The notes under the pieces were generated by a model. That model worked only from the letters and a program-made list of their open reading frames with translations, searched no databases and was not told where the DNA came from. The position numbers and the translations under genes are program-made. Positions 8,447 to 16,632 of a DNA stretch of 32,000 bases are shown piece after piece. This DNA comes from Mucisphaera calidilacus (GTDB taxonomy: Bacteria; Planctomycetota; Phycisphaerae; Phycisphaerales; Phycisphaeraceae). How positions within the stretch are numbered: the stretch's first letter is position 1; every line of letters starts with the position of its first letter. The stretch spans positions 1,500,001 to 1,532,000 of the forward strand of contig NZ_CP036280.1 in assembly GCF_007748075.1 (NCBI RefSeq), in the 5' to 3' direction.

Positions 8447-10312
8447 ATGTGCGGCATCGCTGGCATCCTCCGACACGACGAACGACCGCCCGACCGCGGT
8501 CTGCTCGAGCAGATGCTCCAACGCATCCGCCACCGCGGTCCCGACGGACAGGGCATCACCGACCACGGACGATGCTCACTCGTCCACGCACGACTCTCCG
8601 TCATCGATCTGCTCTCCGGACAGCAGCCGATGCACGTCACACGCACCGACAACCACGGACCGCTCCACCTCATCTTCAACGGCGAGATCTACAACCACCA
8701 CAACCTCCGACGCAAACTCACACGACGCGGACACGCCTTTGCCTCCGACCACTCCGACACCGAGGTCCTGCTCTACGGCTACCGCCAGTGGGGACAGGAC
8801 CTCCCCAAACACCTCCACGGCATGTTCGTCTTCGCCATCTGGGATGAAGACGAGCAATCCCTCTTCCTCGCTCGCGACCGCACCGGCAAAAAACCCCTCT
8901 ACATCCAGCGAACCGAAAACGACTTCCGCTTCGCCAGCCTCATCCCCGCCCTGCTCTGCGGCCAGAATACGCCCCGCATCAACCGGACCGCCCTGCTCAC
9001 CTTCCTCCGCTACGGCTACACGTTCGGCGACGGACTCCTCCAGGGCATCGAGGAAGTCCCGCCCGCACACACCCTCCACATCAGCCGCCACGGCGAACGA
9101 CGCACCGAACGCTACTGGCGACCACCGCCCATCTCAAAATCCATCACTCGACTCGGCGCCGTCGACGCACTCCGGGAAGTCCTCACCGAATCCGTCGACG
9201 AACGCCTCGAATCCGACGTCCCCCTCGGCTGCTTCCTCTCAGGCGGCATCGACTCCTCCGTCGTCGCCGCGCTCGCCCAGCAGCAACTCAAGCAACGCGA
9301 CGCCCCCTCGCTCCGGACCTTCAGCATCCGCATCCCCGGCGCCGCCTACGACGAGTCCGCCAAGGCCCGCGCCGTCGCCCAACACATCGGAGCCGTCCAC
9401 ACCGTTCTCGACGTCCAGCCCCAGGACATCGCCGAAAACCTCCGACACATCATGCGCCTCACCGGGGACCCCACCGCCGACAGCTCCATCCTCCCCACCT
9501 ACTGGCTCTGCCACGCCGCTCGGCAGCACGTCACCGTCGCGCTCTCAGGCGACGGCGGCGACGAACTCTTCGGCGGATACGACCGCTACCGAGCCATGCG
9601 CCTCCTCCGACGACACGGCTGGTGGCTCAAGGCCATCCCCTACGGCTGGATCCCCGGCTCATCACCCCGCGCCCTCACCACCAAGGCCCGTCGCCTCCTC
9701 GAAGCCGCCTCCAAAGGACGCAAACCCGCCGCCCACTACCACGACATGATCCACCTCTTCCGAGATCAGCAGATACGCTCGCTCATCCCGGGACTAATCG
9801 AAACCGAACCCATCGACGCGCCCCAGGTCCCCGACTGGCCCGGTACCCACGACCGCGTCCACGCCGCCATGCGCTGGGACCTCGAACACTACCTACCCCA
9901 CGTCCTCCTGCGCAAGGTCGACCGCGCCTCCATGGCCGTCGCACTCGAAGTCCGCTGCCCCATCCTCGACACCCAGGTCTGCGACCTCGCCGGACACCTC
10001 CCCGACCCCGTCCTCATGCCCCACGGACGACCCAAGGGCCTGCTCCGACAACTCGCCGCCCAACTCATCCCCCGCCACATCAGCCGCCTGCCCAAACGCG
10101 GATTCGCCATCCCCCTCGGCGACTGGTTCCGCACCCGACTCACCGAGCAACTCCACGACGCCATCCTCACCGGAAATCTCGACACCCTCGGCCTCCAACG
10201 CCGCCCCATCGCCAAATGGTTCGACCAGCACCAGTCCGGACGCTTCGACCACACCCACCGACTCTTCGCCCTCTGGCAACTCGCGCTCTGGAATCAGGGC
10301 AATCCCCAATAG
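8447..10312 (+). CDS. asnB: asparagine synthase (glutamine-hydrolysing) family amidotransferase
   Basis: MCGIAG N-terminal nucleophile Cys2, FNGEIYN, and the CFLSGGIDSS PP-loop. 621 aa, 10 nt downstream of aspS. Confidence 0.88.
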   Translation: MCGIAGILRHDERPPDRGLLEQMLQRIRHRGPDGQGITDHGRCSLVHARLSVIDLLSGQQPMHVTRTDNHGPLHLIFNGEIYNHHNLRRKLTRRGHAFASDHSDTEVLLYGYRQWGQDLPKHLHGMFVFAIWDEDEQSLFLARDRTGKKPLYIQRTENDFRFASLIPALLCGQNTPRINRTALLTFLRYGYTFGDGLLQGIEEVPPAHTLHISRHGERRTERYWRPPPISKSITRLGAVDALREVLTESVDERLESDVPLGCFLSGGIDSSVVAALAQQQLKQRDAPSLRTFSIRIPGAAYDESAKARAVAQHIGAVHTVLDVQPQDIAENLRHIMRLTGDPTADSSILPTYWLCHAARQHVTVALSGDGGDELFGGYDRYRAMRLLRRHGWWLKAIPYGWIPGSSPRALTTKARRLLEAASKGRKPAAHYHDMIHLFRDQQIRSLIPGLIETEPIDAPQVPDWPGTHDRVHAAMRWDLEHYLPHVLLRKVDRASMAVALEVRCPILDTQVCDLAGHLPDPVLMPHGRPKGLLRQLAAQLIPRHISRLPKRGFAIPLGDWFRTRLTEQLHDAILTGNLDTLGLQRRPIAKWFDQHQSGRFDHTHRLFALWQLALWNQGNPQ

Positions 10313-10401
10313 CTCCAGGATCGCACGCCGTTACAATAGTTACACAGCGGTTAACGTTCGACGCGCCGTTCACCGTTCAATCACCAGAAGAGGAGAACAC
10401 C

Positions 10402-11085
10402 ATGCTGGCCCGCACGCTTGGCGCACTCACAGTCCTGTCGCTCACCACCACCCTCTCCGCCAACGTCATGCTCACCGCTCAGACACGGTCCGTATCGGCA
10501 TCCGCAGGCGACGCCGAAGGCACCGTAACCAACAGCACCAGCATCAACACCGCAGGGCCCTACGACGACACCCAGACCATCACACACTTCGGCGACTTCT
10601 TCGGAGGCGGCGGCACCGGCAACGCCACACAGCTCTCCAGCGTCACGCCTGCAAGCATCTCAGGAACCCTCCACGCCGACGGCGACGGAGGCGGGGGCGT
10701 CGGCACCGGCTTCGCAGGCGGCACCGCATCCATGGTCATCGACTTCACCGTCGCCCAGCCCCTCGACTACACCCTCTCGGCCACCATGACCGCACCCATC
10801 GGCTTCAACCACGCATGGATCAAACTCTACGGACCCGACGGCCTCGTCATCGACGAGGAGATCGGCGAGTTCCTCGGCAACTTCGGAACCGCTGACCTCA
10901 CCGGCCCCAACGCACGGACCGGAACGCTCGAAGCAGGCGACTACACCCTCGACGTCGAAGCATCCGCCAGCAGCATCGACTTCACCACCGCCAACACAGA
11001 CCTCATGATCTCCTTCATCATCCCCGAACCCGCCTCCGCCGCACTCCTCGGCCTCGCGGGCATCGCCCTCACGCGACGCCACTGA
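10402..11085 (+). CDS. secreted PEP-CTERM protein of unknown function
   Basis: ATG 10402 preceded by RBS GAAGAGGAGA. Signal peptide MLARTLGALTVLSLTTTLSA. Gly-rich segments. C-terminus IPEPASAALLGLAGIALTRRH. The upstream part of ORF 9622..11085 is a spurious read-through over asnB. Confidence 0.8.
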   Translation: MLARTLGALTVLSLTTTLSANVMLTAQTRSVSASAGDAEGTVTNSTSINTAGPYDDTQTITHFGDFFGGGGTGNATQLSSVTPASISGTLHADGDGGGGVGTGFAGGTASMVIDFTVAQPLDYTLSATMTAPIGFNHAWIKLYGPDGLVIDEEIGEFLGNFGTADLTGPNARTGTLEAGDYTLDVEASASSIDFTTANTDLMISFIIPEPASAALLGLAGIALTRRH

Positions 11086-11090
11086 ACCAC
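11020..11090 (+). repeat. PEP-CTERM tail cassette, copy 1 (69/71 nt identical to 13141-13211)
   Basis: Direct comparison of the two 71-nt stretches shows 2 mismatches. Identity includes the stop codon and 5 nt beyond it. Confidence 0.9.
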
Positions 11091-11130
11091 ACCGTCCTCA
11101 CAGATGACCGAGCCAGAACGCTCCGGGTGG

Positions 11131-11171
11131 CACACATCAAACCTCGTTCGCAAGAACGGGTTTGATGTGTG
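11131..11171 (+). terminator. long bulged hairpin with GCAA tetraloop, probable terminator of the 10402-11085 gene
   Basis: cacacatcaaacc(t)cgttc GCAA gaacg ggtttgatgtgtg gives 18 bp with one bulge, 46 nt after the stop. No clear U-tract follows (ttgctc), so function is uncertain. Confidence 0.5.
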
Positions 11172-11610
11172 TTGCTCATGATCCATCAAGGATCGCGGCG
11201 AACAGCCCCTGGTCAAAGCCCACGACTGACCACACAATCCCATCATCAACCTTCCACAGCCTGTCTCACTAAAACCATCTACCGCTGGATAACCAAGTAC
11301 TAACGCATCGCGCAAAATGACGGATGAAGACCTGCCGCGCAACACAACTACCCAAGTCACCCAGGCGCACGTCGCAAATGTTCGCATGACGATAGTTCAT
11401 GATTATTTCGCGCATCATAACCCGGGTCACGCCGTACAACGATCAATCTTGCTTCACTTGACACTAACACAGCCTTTCTAACTTACCCACGCTGTCGGGT
11501 GACCTGCGTCACTCACCACATCTAAGTGCCGAACACGACCGACGTTAAAGCGGGCGCGATGGCTGCGCCCGCATGTTCTCCTTACATCCACTTTGAGAAG
11601 AGGATTGACC

Positions 11611-13206
11611 ATGACCCGTTTCACCACAGCCTCCCTTGCCGCTGCACTGCTCGCAGCACCCGCATTCGCACAGACGAGTGTCCCCGCCATGATGACCGGC
11701 CTCAACGGCGCCGTCGTCAGCCCCGTCATCACCGTCGGTGAGTTCTACCCCGACGTCAACAACGCGGGCAGCCAGTACCAGTTCAAAGGCATCCCCGACG
11801 GCATGGGCGCCATCGAACTCGATCCCAACACCGTCCGCCTCTACGTCAACCATGAATTCAGCAGCGGCGGCGGCTCCTACAACCTCGCCAACGGCTACAC
11901 CATCCCCGAAGGCGCTCGCGTCAGCTACTTCGACATCGACAAGGCCTCACGCCAGGTCATCGGAGGCGGCCAGGCCTACGACAAGGTCGTTGACGCAGCC
12001 GGCAACATGATCGAGGCCGGTAACCCCCTCCTCTGGGACTACTTCGCACGATTCTGCTCCGCCAACATGCACGGCACCGCCGAAGGTTTCGACCGCAACA
12101 TCTTCTTCATGGGCGAGGAAGTCGGCAACGGCGGACGCCAGTACGCCATCGATACCACCACCAACACCGCTTACGAACTCGGCGATTGGGGCAAGGCCGC
12201 CTGGGAAAGCGTCACCGTCGTCCCCACAGTCGGCACCGCCCACGAGAACAAGTCCGTCTTCATCATCGGTGACGACCGTGGCGGCGCACCCCTGCTCCTC
12301 TACGTGGGCGAGAAGAACACGAGCTCTTCCGACTTCCTCGAGCGTAACGGCCTCACCGGCGGACAACTCTACGCTTGGAAGGGCGAGAACAACGAGGTCG
12401 GCCCCGTCGACTTCAAGGGCACCGGCAACAGCCTCAACGGCACCTTCTTCCCTGTCGATGTCTCCGGCTCCGATCCCTTCGGCTACGCCACACAGGCCGA
12501 GCAGGACGCGCGCACCATCGGCCAGGGCGCCTTCCAGTTCTCCCGACCCGAAGACGTCCACTACGACCCCATCAGCTTCAACGAGGGTAAGGTTGTCATG
12601 GCCTCCACCGGCCGTAACATCCCCGGCGTCTCCGACGACCTCTGGGGCACCACCTACCAGATCACCGTCGACCTCGACTCCCTCGACACCACCCCTGCCG
12701 CGGAAGTCCTCATACTTGAAGACACCAACGAGGCCGACAAGCAGGACTTCGGCATCCGCAGCCCGGACAACCTCACCTGGGCCACCGACGGGCTCATCTA
12801 CATCCAGGAAGACCGCTCCATCGGCGGCTTCGGCGCTGCCTCGGGACGCGACGCCTCCATCTGGCGACTCGACCCCGAAACCGGCGACAGGCAGCTCGTC
12901 ACGGAGATGGAAACCTTCGTCTACGAAGGCATGGTCGACGACGGCGACCTCAACGTCCTCGGTGACTGGGAGTCCTCAGGCATCATCGACGTCTCCGCCC
13001 TCTTTGGCGAAGACCCCGGCTCCCTCCTCATGGCCAACGTACAGGCCCACTCACTCGACCCCGATCCCGCCTTCCCCGACTTCGCTGACACCGTTCAGGG
13101 CGGCCAGATCATCTTTATCGACACCGCCAACATGAGCCCCATCCCCGAACCCGCCTCTGCCGCACTCCTCGGCCTCGCGGGCATCGCACTCACGCGACGC
13201 CACTGA
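11611..13206 (+). CDS. DUF839/PhoX-like beta-propeller protein (putative phosphatase) with PEP-CTERM tail
   Basis: ATG 11611 after RBS GAGAAGAGGA. The ORF-track start at 11593 is TTG. Signal peptide ..AALLAAPAFAQ. DUF839-like blocks: FCSANMHG..F.GEE, FSRPEDVHYDP, IRSPDNLTWATDGLIYIQED. C-terminus IPEPASAALLGLAGIALTRRH. Confidence 0.8.
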   Translation: MTRFTTASLAAALLAAPAFAQTSVPAMMTGLNGAVVSPVITVGEFYPDVNNAGSQYQFKGIPDGMGAIELDPNTVRLYVNHEFSSGGGSYNLANGYTIPEGARVSYFDIDKASRQVIGGGQAYDKVVDAAGNMIEAGNPLLWDYFARFCSANMHGTAEGFDRNIFFMGEEVGNGGRQYAIDTTTNTAYELGDWGKAAWESVTVVPTVGTAHENKSVFIIGDDRGGAPLLLYVGEKNTSSSDFLERNGLTGGQLYAWKGENNEVGPVDFKGTGNSLNGTFFPVDVSGSDPFGYATQAEQDARTIGQGAFQFSRPEDVHYDPISFNEGKVVMASTGRNIPGVSDDLWGTTYQITVDLDSLDTTPAAEVLILEDTNEADKQDFGIRSPDNLTWATDGLIYIQEDRSIGGFGAASGRDASIWRLDPETGDRQLVTEMETFVYEGMVDDGDLNVLGDWESSGIIDVSALFGEDPGSLLMANVQAHSLDPDPAFPDFADTVQGGQIIFIDTANMSPIPEPASAALLGLAGIALTRRH

Positions 13207-13211
13207 ACCAC
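13141..13211 (+). repeat. PEP-CTERM tail cassette, copy 2
   Basis: 69/71 nt identical to 11020-11090. Confidence 0.9.
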
Positions 13212-13245
13212 GTCACATACCGTCTGACGCAGTGCAGACCACCTA

Positions 13246-13277
13246 AGAGCCGCGCCCCCGAACGGGGGCGTGGCTCT
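13246..13277. terminator. GC-rich hairpin between convergent genes (PhoX-like / fmt)
   Basis: agagccgcgccccc gaac gggggcgtggctct gives a 14-bp stem (one G.U in + sense) and a 4-nt loop. Followed by cttgct on + and cttagg on -. Confidence 0.65.
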
Positions 13278-13292
13278 CTTGCTATAGAACAG

Positions 13293-14291
13293 CTAATCGA
13301 CCATCGCCTCGAGTCGATCGCCCACCACCAACCCCTGCCCCTGCTGGAACTGCGCGAAGCTCATCGCCTTCCGCCCCGGCGCCTGAACCTCCAACAACCG
13401 CACCGCGCCGTCAGGCGTCGCGATCAGATCATCCTGCATCCGGTTCTCCACACTCGGCGCTAACAACGTCCCCGACGCCGGCATCGCCTCCACCGACTCC
13501 AACCCGATCGTGCACGAAAGATCAGGCACCGCCGCCACACGAAGCAACTTCAAAACCCCCTTCTCCTCACCCGCCGCATCCACCCAACGCACCGTGCAAC
13601 CCGGCCAGGGCGTCAACCCATGCACCCGGCAACGCACCCGGTCACACGCCTGATCGAACGACACCGTCCCGTCCGACTTCGCAAACTTCGGCGCCTTCGT
13701 CGCCAGCGCATCCTCCTGCTCGATCGGCTCCAGCCGATCACCCGCCAACTGCTCCAGCACGCCACCCACCGCCTCCGGCCCCAGCAGCGAAAGCCGGTCG
13801 TGCAGCTCCCCCGCAGTCTCCCTCGGATCAATCGCCAGCGACGCCTGCCCGTACACCTCCCCCGCATCCATCCGCTGCGCCAGCCCGATCACCGACACCC
13901 CCGTCCGAAGCTCGCCCTCGATCATCGCCCAGTTGATCGGCGCCGCCCCCCGGTACTTCGGCAGCAGCGACGCGTGCAGGTTCACCGCCAGACGCCCCAT
14001 CGCACCGATCGCCTCCGGGCTCAGCTTCTGACCGAACGCGATCACCACGCCCGCCTCCGCACCCCACCCACGCAGTCGCTCCAACTCCGCCTCGCTGTTG
14101 ATGTCCTCCGAACGCAGCACCTCCAGACCGCGATCGTCCGCCCACGCGCCCACCGGCGTCGGCGTCATCTCACGCTTGCGACCCGCCGGCTTGTCCGGCT
14201 GCGTCACCACACCCACCAACTCGTGACGCTCCGCCAACCACGTCAGCGTCGGCACGCCAAACGAACCCGAACCGCAGAAAACAACACGCAT
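13293..14291 (-). CDS. fmt: methionyl-tRNA formyltransferase
   Basis: MRVVFCGSG.FG.P.L..L......VGVVTQPDKPAGRK, NLHASLLPKYRGAAPI. ATG 14291 overlaps the def stop (TGATG). The ORF track begins one codon earlier at GTG 14294. Confidence 0.92.
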   Translation of the reverse strand: MRVVFCGSGSFGVPTLTWLAERHELVGVVTQPDKPAGRKREMTPTPVGAWADDRGLEVLRSEDINSEAELERLRGWGAEAGVVIAFGQKLSPEAIGAMGRLAVNLHASLLPKYRGAAPINWAMIEGELRTGVSVIGLAQRMDAGEVYGQASLAIDPRETAGELHDRLSLLGPEAVGGVLEQLAGDRLEPIEQEDALATKAPKFAKSDGTVSFDQACDRVRCRVHGLTPWPGCTVRWVDAAGEEKGVLKLLRVAAVPDLSCTIGLESVEAMPASGTLLAPSVENRMQDDLIATPDGAVRLLEVQAPGRKAMSFAQFQQGQGLVVGDRLEAMVD

Positions 14292-14803
14292 CACCCCTCC
14301 TCGAGCGCCTTCAGCGCTACACGATTTGCAATCCTGTCCGTCGGCGACATCTTGTCAATGATCAGCACACCATCCAGATGGTCATACTCGTGCTGCCACA
14401 CCCGCGCCGGAAACTCATCGCTCTCCAGCCGAAACACCTCACCATCAAGACCTTGCGCCTCGATCACCGCCCGCGTCGGACGCCTCACGTTCACCGTGAT
14501 CTCAGGCAGACTCAGACACCCCTCGTCATAAACGTCCTGATCCCGACCCAGCTCAATAAACCGCGGATTGATGAACACCACATCATCCCCCGGCTCCCCC
14601 GTCGCGTTCACCACAAACAGCCGCCAGCTCAAACCCACCTGCGGCGCCGCCAGACCCACACCCGGAGCCTCGTGCATCAATTCGATCATTCGCCCCGCCA
14701 CACCCCGAACCTCATCCGTCACCGCCGCCACAGGCTCCGCCTGCTGACGCAACACCTCGTGCGGGTGAATCACGATCTCCAACGACTGCGGATCTGCTTC
14801 CAT
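14291..14803 (-). CDS. def: peptide deformylase
   Basis: GVGLAAPQVG, EGCLS.P and QHEYDHLDG, the three PDF motifs. Lies in the classic def-fmt arrangement. Confidence 0.93.
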   Translation of the reverse strand: MEADPQSLEIVIHPHEVLRQQAEPVAAVTDEVRGVAGRMIELMHEAPGVGLAAPQVGLSWRLFVVNATGEPGDDVVFINPRFIELGRDQDVYDEGCLSLPEITVNVRRPTRAVIEAQGLDGEVFRLESDEFPARVWQHEYDHLDGVLIIDKMSPTDRIANRVALKALEEG

Positions 14804-15000
14804 ACCGTCATGCTAGGAACCACCCCGCCCGCACTCAACTCTTGTGCTAATTTCACTAACAGCAACGAGTTGTCGCTTGACCACCCCGCACTTGACTGTC
14901 ATACTAATTCCCGTTGGGCTACAACCTTATCGGTCATCCGAACGACAAGTTGGGGAGATGGGTAATCCTGCGATAACCTGACCTCCGTGAGAGCAAACGC

Positions 15001-15330
15001 ATGGCGACGATCACCAAAAAAGAGTTAATCGATCAAATTGCTGATGCCACCGGCCAAAAACGCGTCGTGGTCAAGAAAATCGTCCAGAGCTTCCTCGACA
15101 GCATCATCGTCGAGCTGGGCAAGGGTAACCGCCTGGAGTTCCGCGACTTCGGCGTCTTCGAGGTCAAGCAGCGACAGGCACGCATGGCCCAGAACCCCAA
15201 AACCCTCGAACCCGTCGAGGTCCCACCCAAGCGGACCGTCAAGTTCAAGGTCGGCCGTCTCATGAAGCAGACCCTCTCAGGCGACGAACTCGCCATCATC
15301 GAATCAGCCGACGACGACGACGAGCTGTGA
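15001..15330 (+). CDS. HU/IHF-family DNA-binding protein with acidic C-terminal tail
   Basis: MATITKKELIDQIA...V...V..F.D.I...L..G..LEFRDFG.FEV..R.AR.A.NPKT.E.V.VP....V.FK.G. Extra tail SGDELAIIESADDDDEL. Confidence 0.88.
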   Translation: MATITKKELIDQIADATGQKRVVVKKIVQSFLDSIIVELGKGNRLEFRDFGVFEVKQRQARMAQNPKTLEPVEVPPKRTVKFKVGRLMKQTLSGDELAIIESADDDDEL

Positions 15331-16514
15331 ACCCCAACGACAACCCGCTCCATCAACAACTCCAAAGCGACCTCAACCACCTCCGGGACCAAAACCTCCT
15401 GCGCTCACTCCGCACACTCGACGCCGCCGGACCCCTGATCACACGCGACGGCCGCCAACTCATCAACCTCGCCTCCAACGACTACCTCGGCCTCTCCCAG
15501 CACCCCCGCCTGATCCAAGCCGCCCAGACCGCCGCCGCATCCTTCGGCGTCGGCTCCGGCGCCAGCCGACTCGTCGCCGGACACCTCCAGCCTCACCACG
15601 ACGCCGAACACGCCTTCGCCGACTTCAAACACGCCCAAGCCGCCCTCATCCTCGGCTCCGGCTACCTCGCTAACCACGCACTCCTCACCGCCATCGCCGA
15701 CACCGACGACCTCATCCTCTTCGACAAGCTCAGCCACGCCAGCATCATCGACGCCGCACGAGCCGCCAACGCCACCGCACGCTCCTTCCCCCATGGCGAC
15801 CTCCAACGACTCGACCAACTCCTCACCAGACTCGGCCCCGACGCACGCCACCGCTTCATCGTCACCGACTCCGTCTTCTCCATGGATGGCGACGCCGCCG
15901 ACCTCCCCGCACTCGCCGACCTCGCCGACCAGCACCACGCACACCTCATCGTCGACGAAGCCCACGGCACCGGCGTCCTCGGCAACACCGGTGCCGGACT
16001 CACCGAACAACAGGACGTCACCCACCGATGCCTCGCCATCGTCTCCACCGCCAGCAAGGCACTCGGATCCCAAGGCGGCATCATCACCGGATCACGCACC
16101 CTCATCGACACCCTCATCAACCGCGCACGCTCACTCATCTACACCACCGCACCGCCGCCAGCCCAGGCCGCCCTCATCACCGAAGCCCTCAGCATCCTCC
16201 GCGACGAACCCCACCACCAGCAAAGACTCAACACCATCACCCGCCACGTCCGCACCACCCTCACCGACCGCGGCTGGCAACTCCCCGAACTCGCCCCCGA
16301 CTGCCCCACACCCATCATCCCCCTCATCGTCAGCGACACCGACAAAGCCCTCGCCCTCGCCCGACACCTCGAACACCACCACATACTCGCACCCGCCATC
16401 CGCCCCCCCACCGTCGCACCCGGCACCGCTCGCGTCCGACTCTCACTCCGCGCCGACCTCACCGACCACCACATCGAACAACTCCTCACCACCCTCGGCC
16501 CCAAACCCTCTTAA
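15327..16514 (+). CDS. bioF: 8-amino-7-oxononanoate synthase-like PLP-dependent acyl-CoA transferase
   Basis: INLASNDYLGL, GSGASRLV.GH, SGYLAN, FSMDGD, VDEAHGTGVLG, STASKALGSQGG (PLP lysine). The only available start is GTG 15327, overlapping the HU stop (GTGA). BioF versus Kbl cannot be fully separated by eye. Confidence 0.75.
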   Translation: MNPNDNPLHQQLQSDLNHLRDQNLLRSLRTLDAAGPLITRDGRQLINLASNDYLGLSQHPRLIQAAQTAAASFGVGSGASRLVAGHLQPHHDAEHAFADFKHAQAALILGSGYLANHALLTAIADTDDLILFDKLSHASIIDAARAANATARSFPHGDLQRLDQLLTRLGPDARHRFIVTDSVFSMDGDAADLPALADLADQHHAHLIVDEAHGTGVLGNTGAGLTEQQDVTHRCLAIVSTASKALGSQGGIITGSRTLIDTLINRARSLIYTTAPPPAQAALITEALSILRDEPHHQQRLNTITRHVRTTLTDRGWQLPELAPDCPTPIIPLIVSDTDKALALARHLEHHHILAPAIRPPTVAPGTARVRLSLRADLTDHHIEQLLTTLGPKPS

Positions 16515-16632
16515 CCCGACACCATCTCAGTGCCACTGGCCCTGCGAAGCCTTGGCGAAGCAGGGGCGTCCCGGGTCAGGCACATCGCAACCCAACGCCT
16601 CCCCTCAATCGCGAGGATGCAAACCCAAGCCT

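Noticed and set aside
7674-9749. 691-aa + strand ORF (P/R/T/S-rich) and similar long + frame ORFs (418..1446, 6683..7369, 9622..10401 portion, 12269..13135, 13620..14531, 15793..16818, 20941..21339 portion, 21740..22597, 26389..27366, 27194..27892, 29750..31351)
   Set aside because: All overlap confidently identified genes in another frame or strand. All translate to low-complexity Pro/Arg/Thr/Ser strings. The T- and G-poor + strand contains few stop codons, which explains their length.
10941-11387. 148-aa - strand ORF spanning the large intergenic region
   Set aside because: It overlaps the 3' end of the PEP-CTERM gene and the terminator hairpin. It has no RBS, motif or characteristic third-position bias.
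11086-11610. Pho box upstream of the PhoX-like gene
   Set aside because: ctgtctcactaaaaccat only matches the first half-site of the E. coli CTGTCAT-N4-CTGTCAT consensus. The organism is probably distant from E. coli, so the call is not supportable.
14804-15000. Sigma-70-like promoter for the HU/IHF gene (TTGACC, 17 nt, CATACT)
   Set aside because: The -10 match is weak, the promoter consensus for this organism is unknown, and there is no supporting evidence.
15316-15330. DDDDEL C-terminus of the HU-like protein resembling a eukaryotic KDEL/DDEL retention signal
   Set aside because: Coincidental in a bacterial cytoplasmic DNA-binding protein. It is just an acidic tail.
16540-16565. Terminator hairpin between bioF and paralog B
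   Set aside because: There are only 6 bp of terminal pairing (ccctgc/gcaggg) around what is really a direct repeat (gcgaagc twice), and there is no U-tract.
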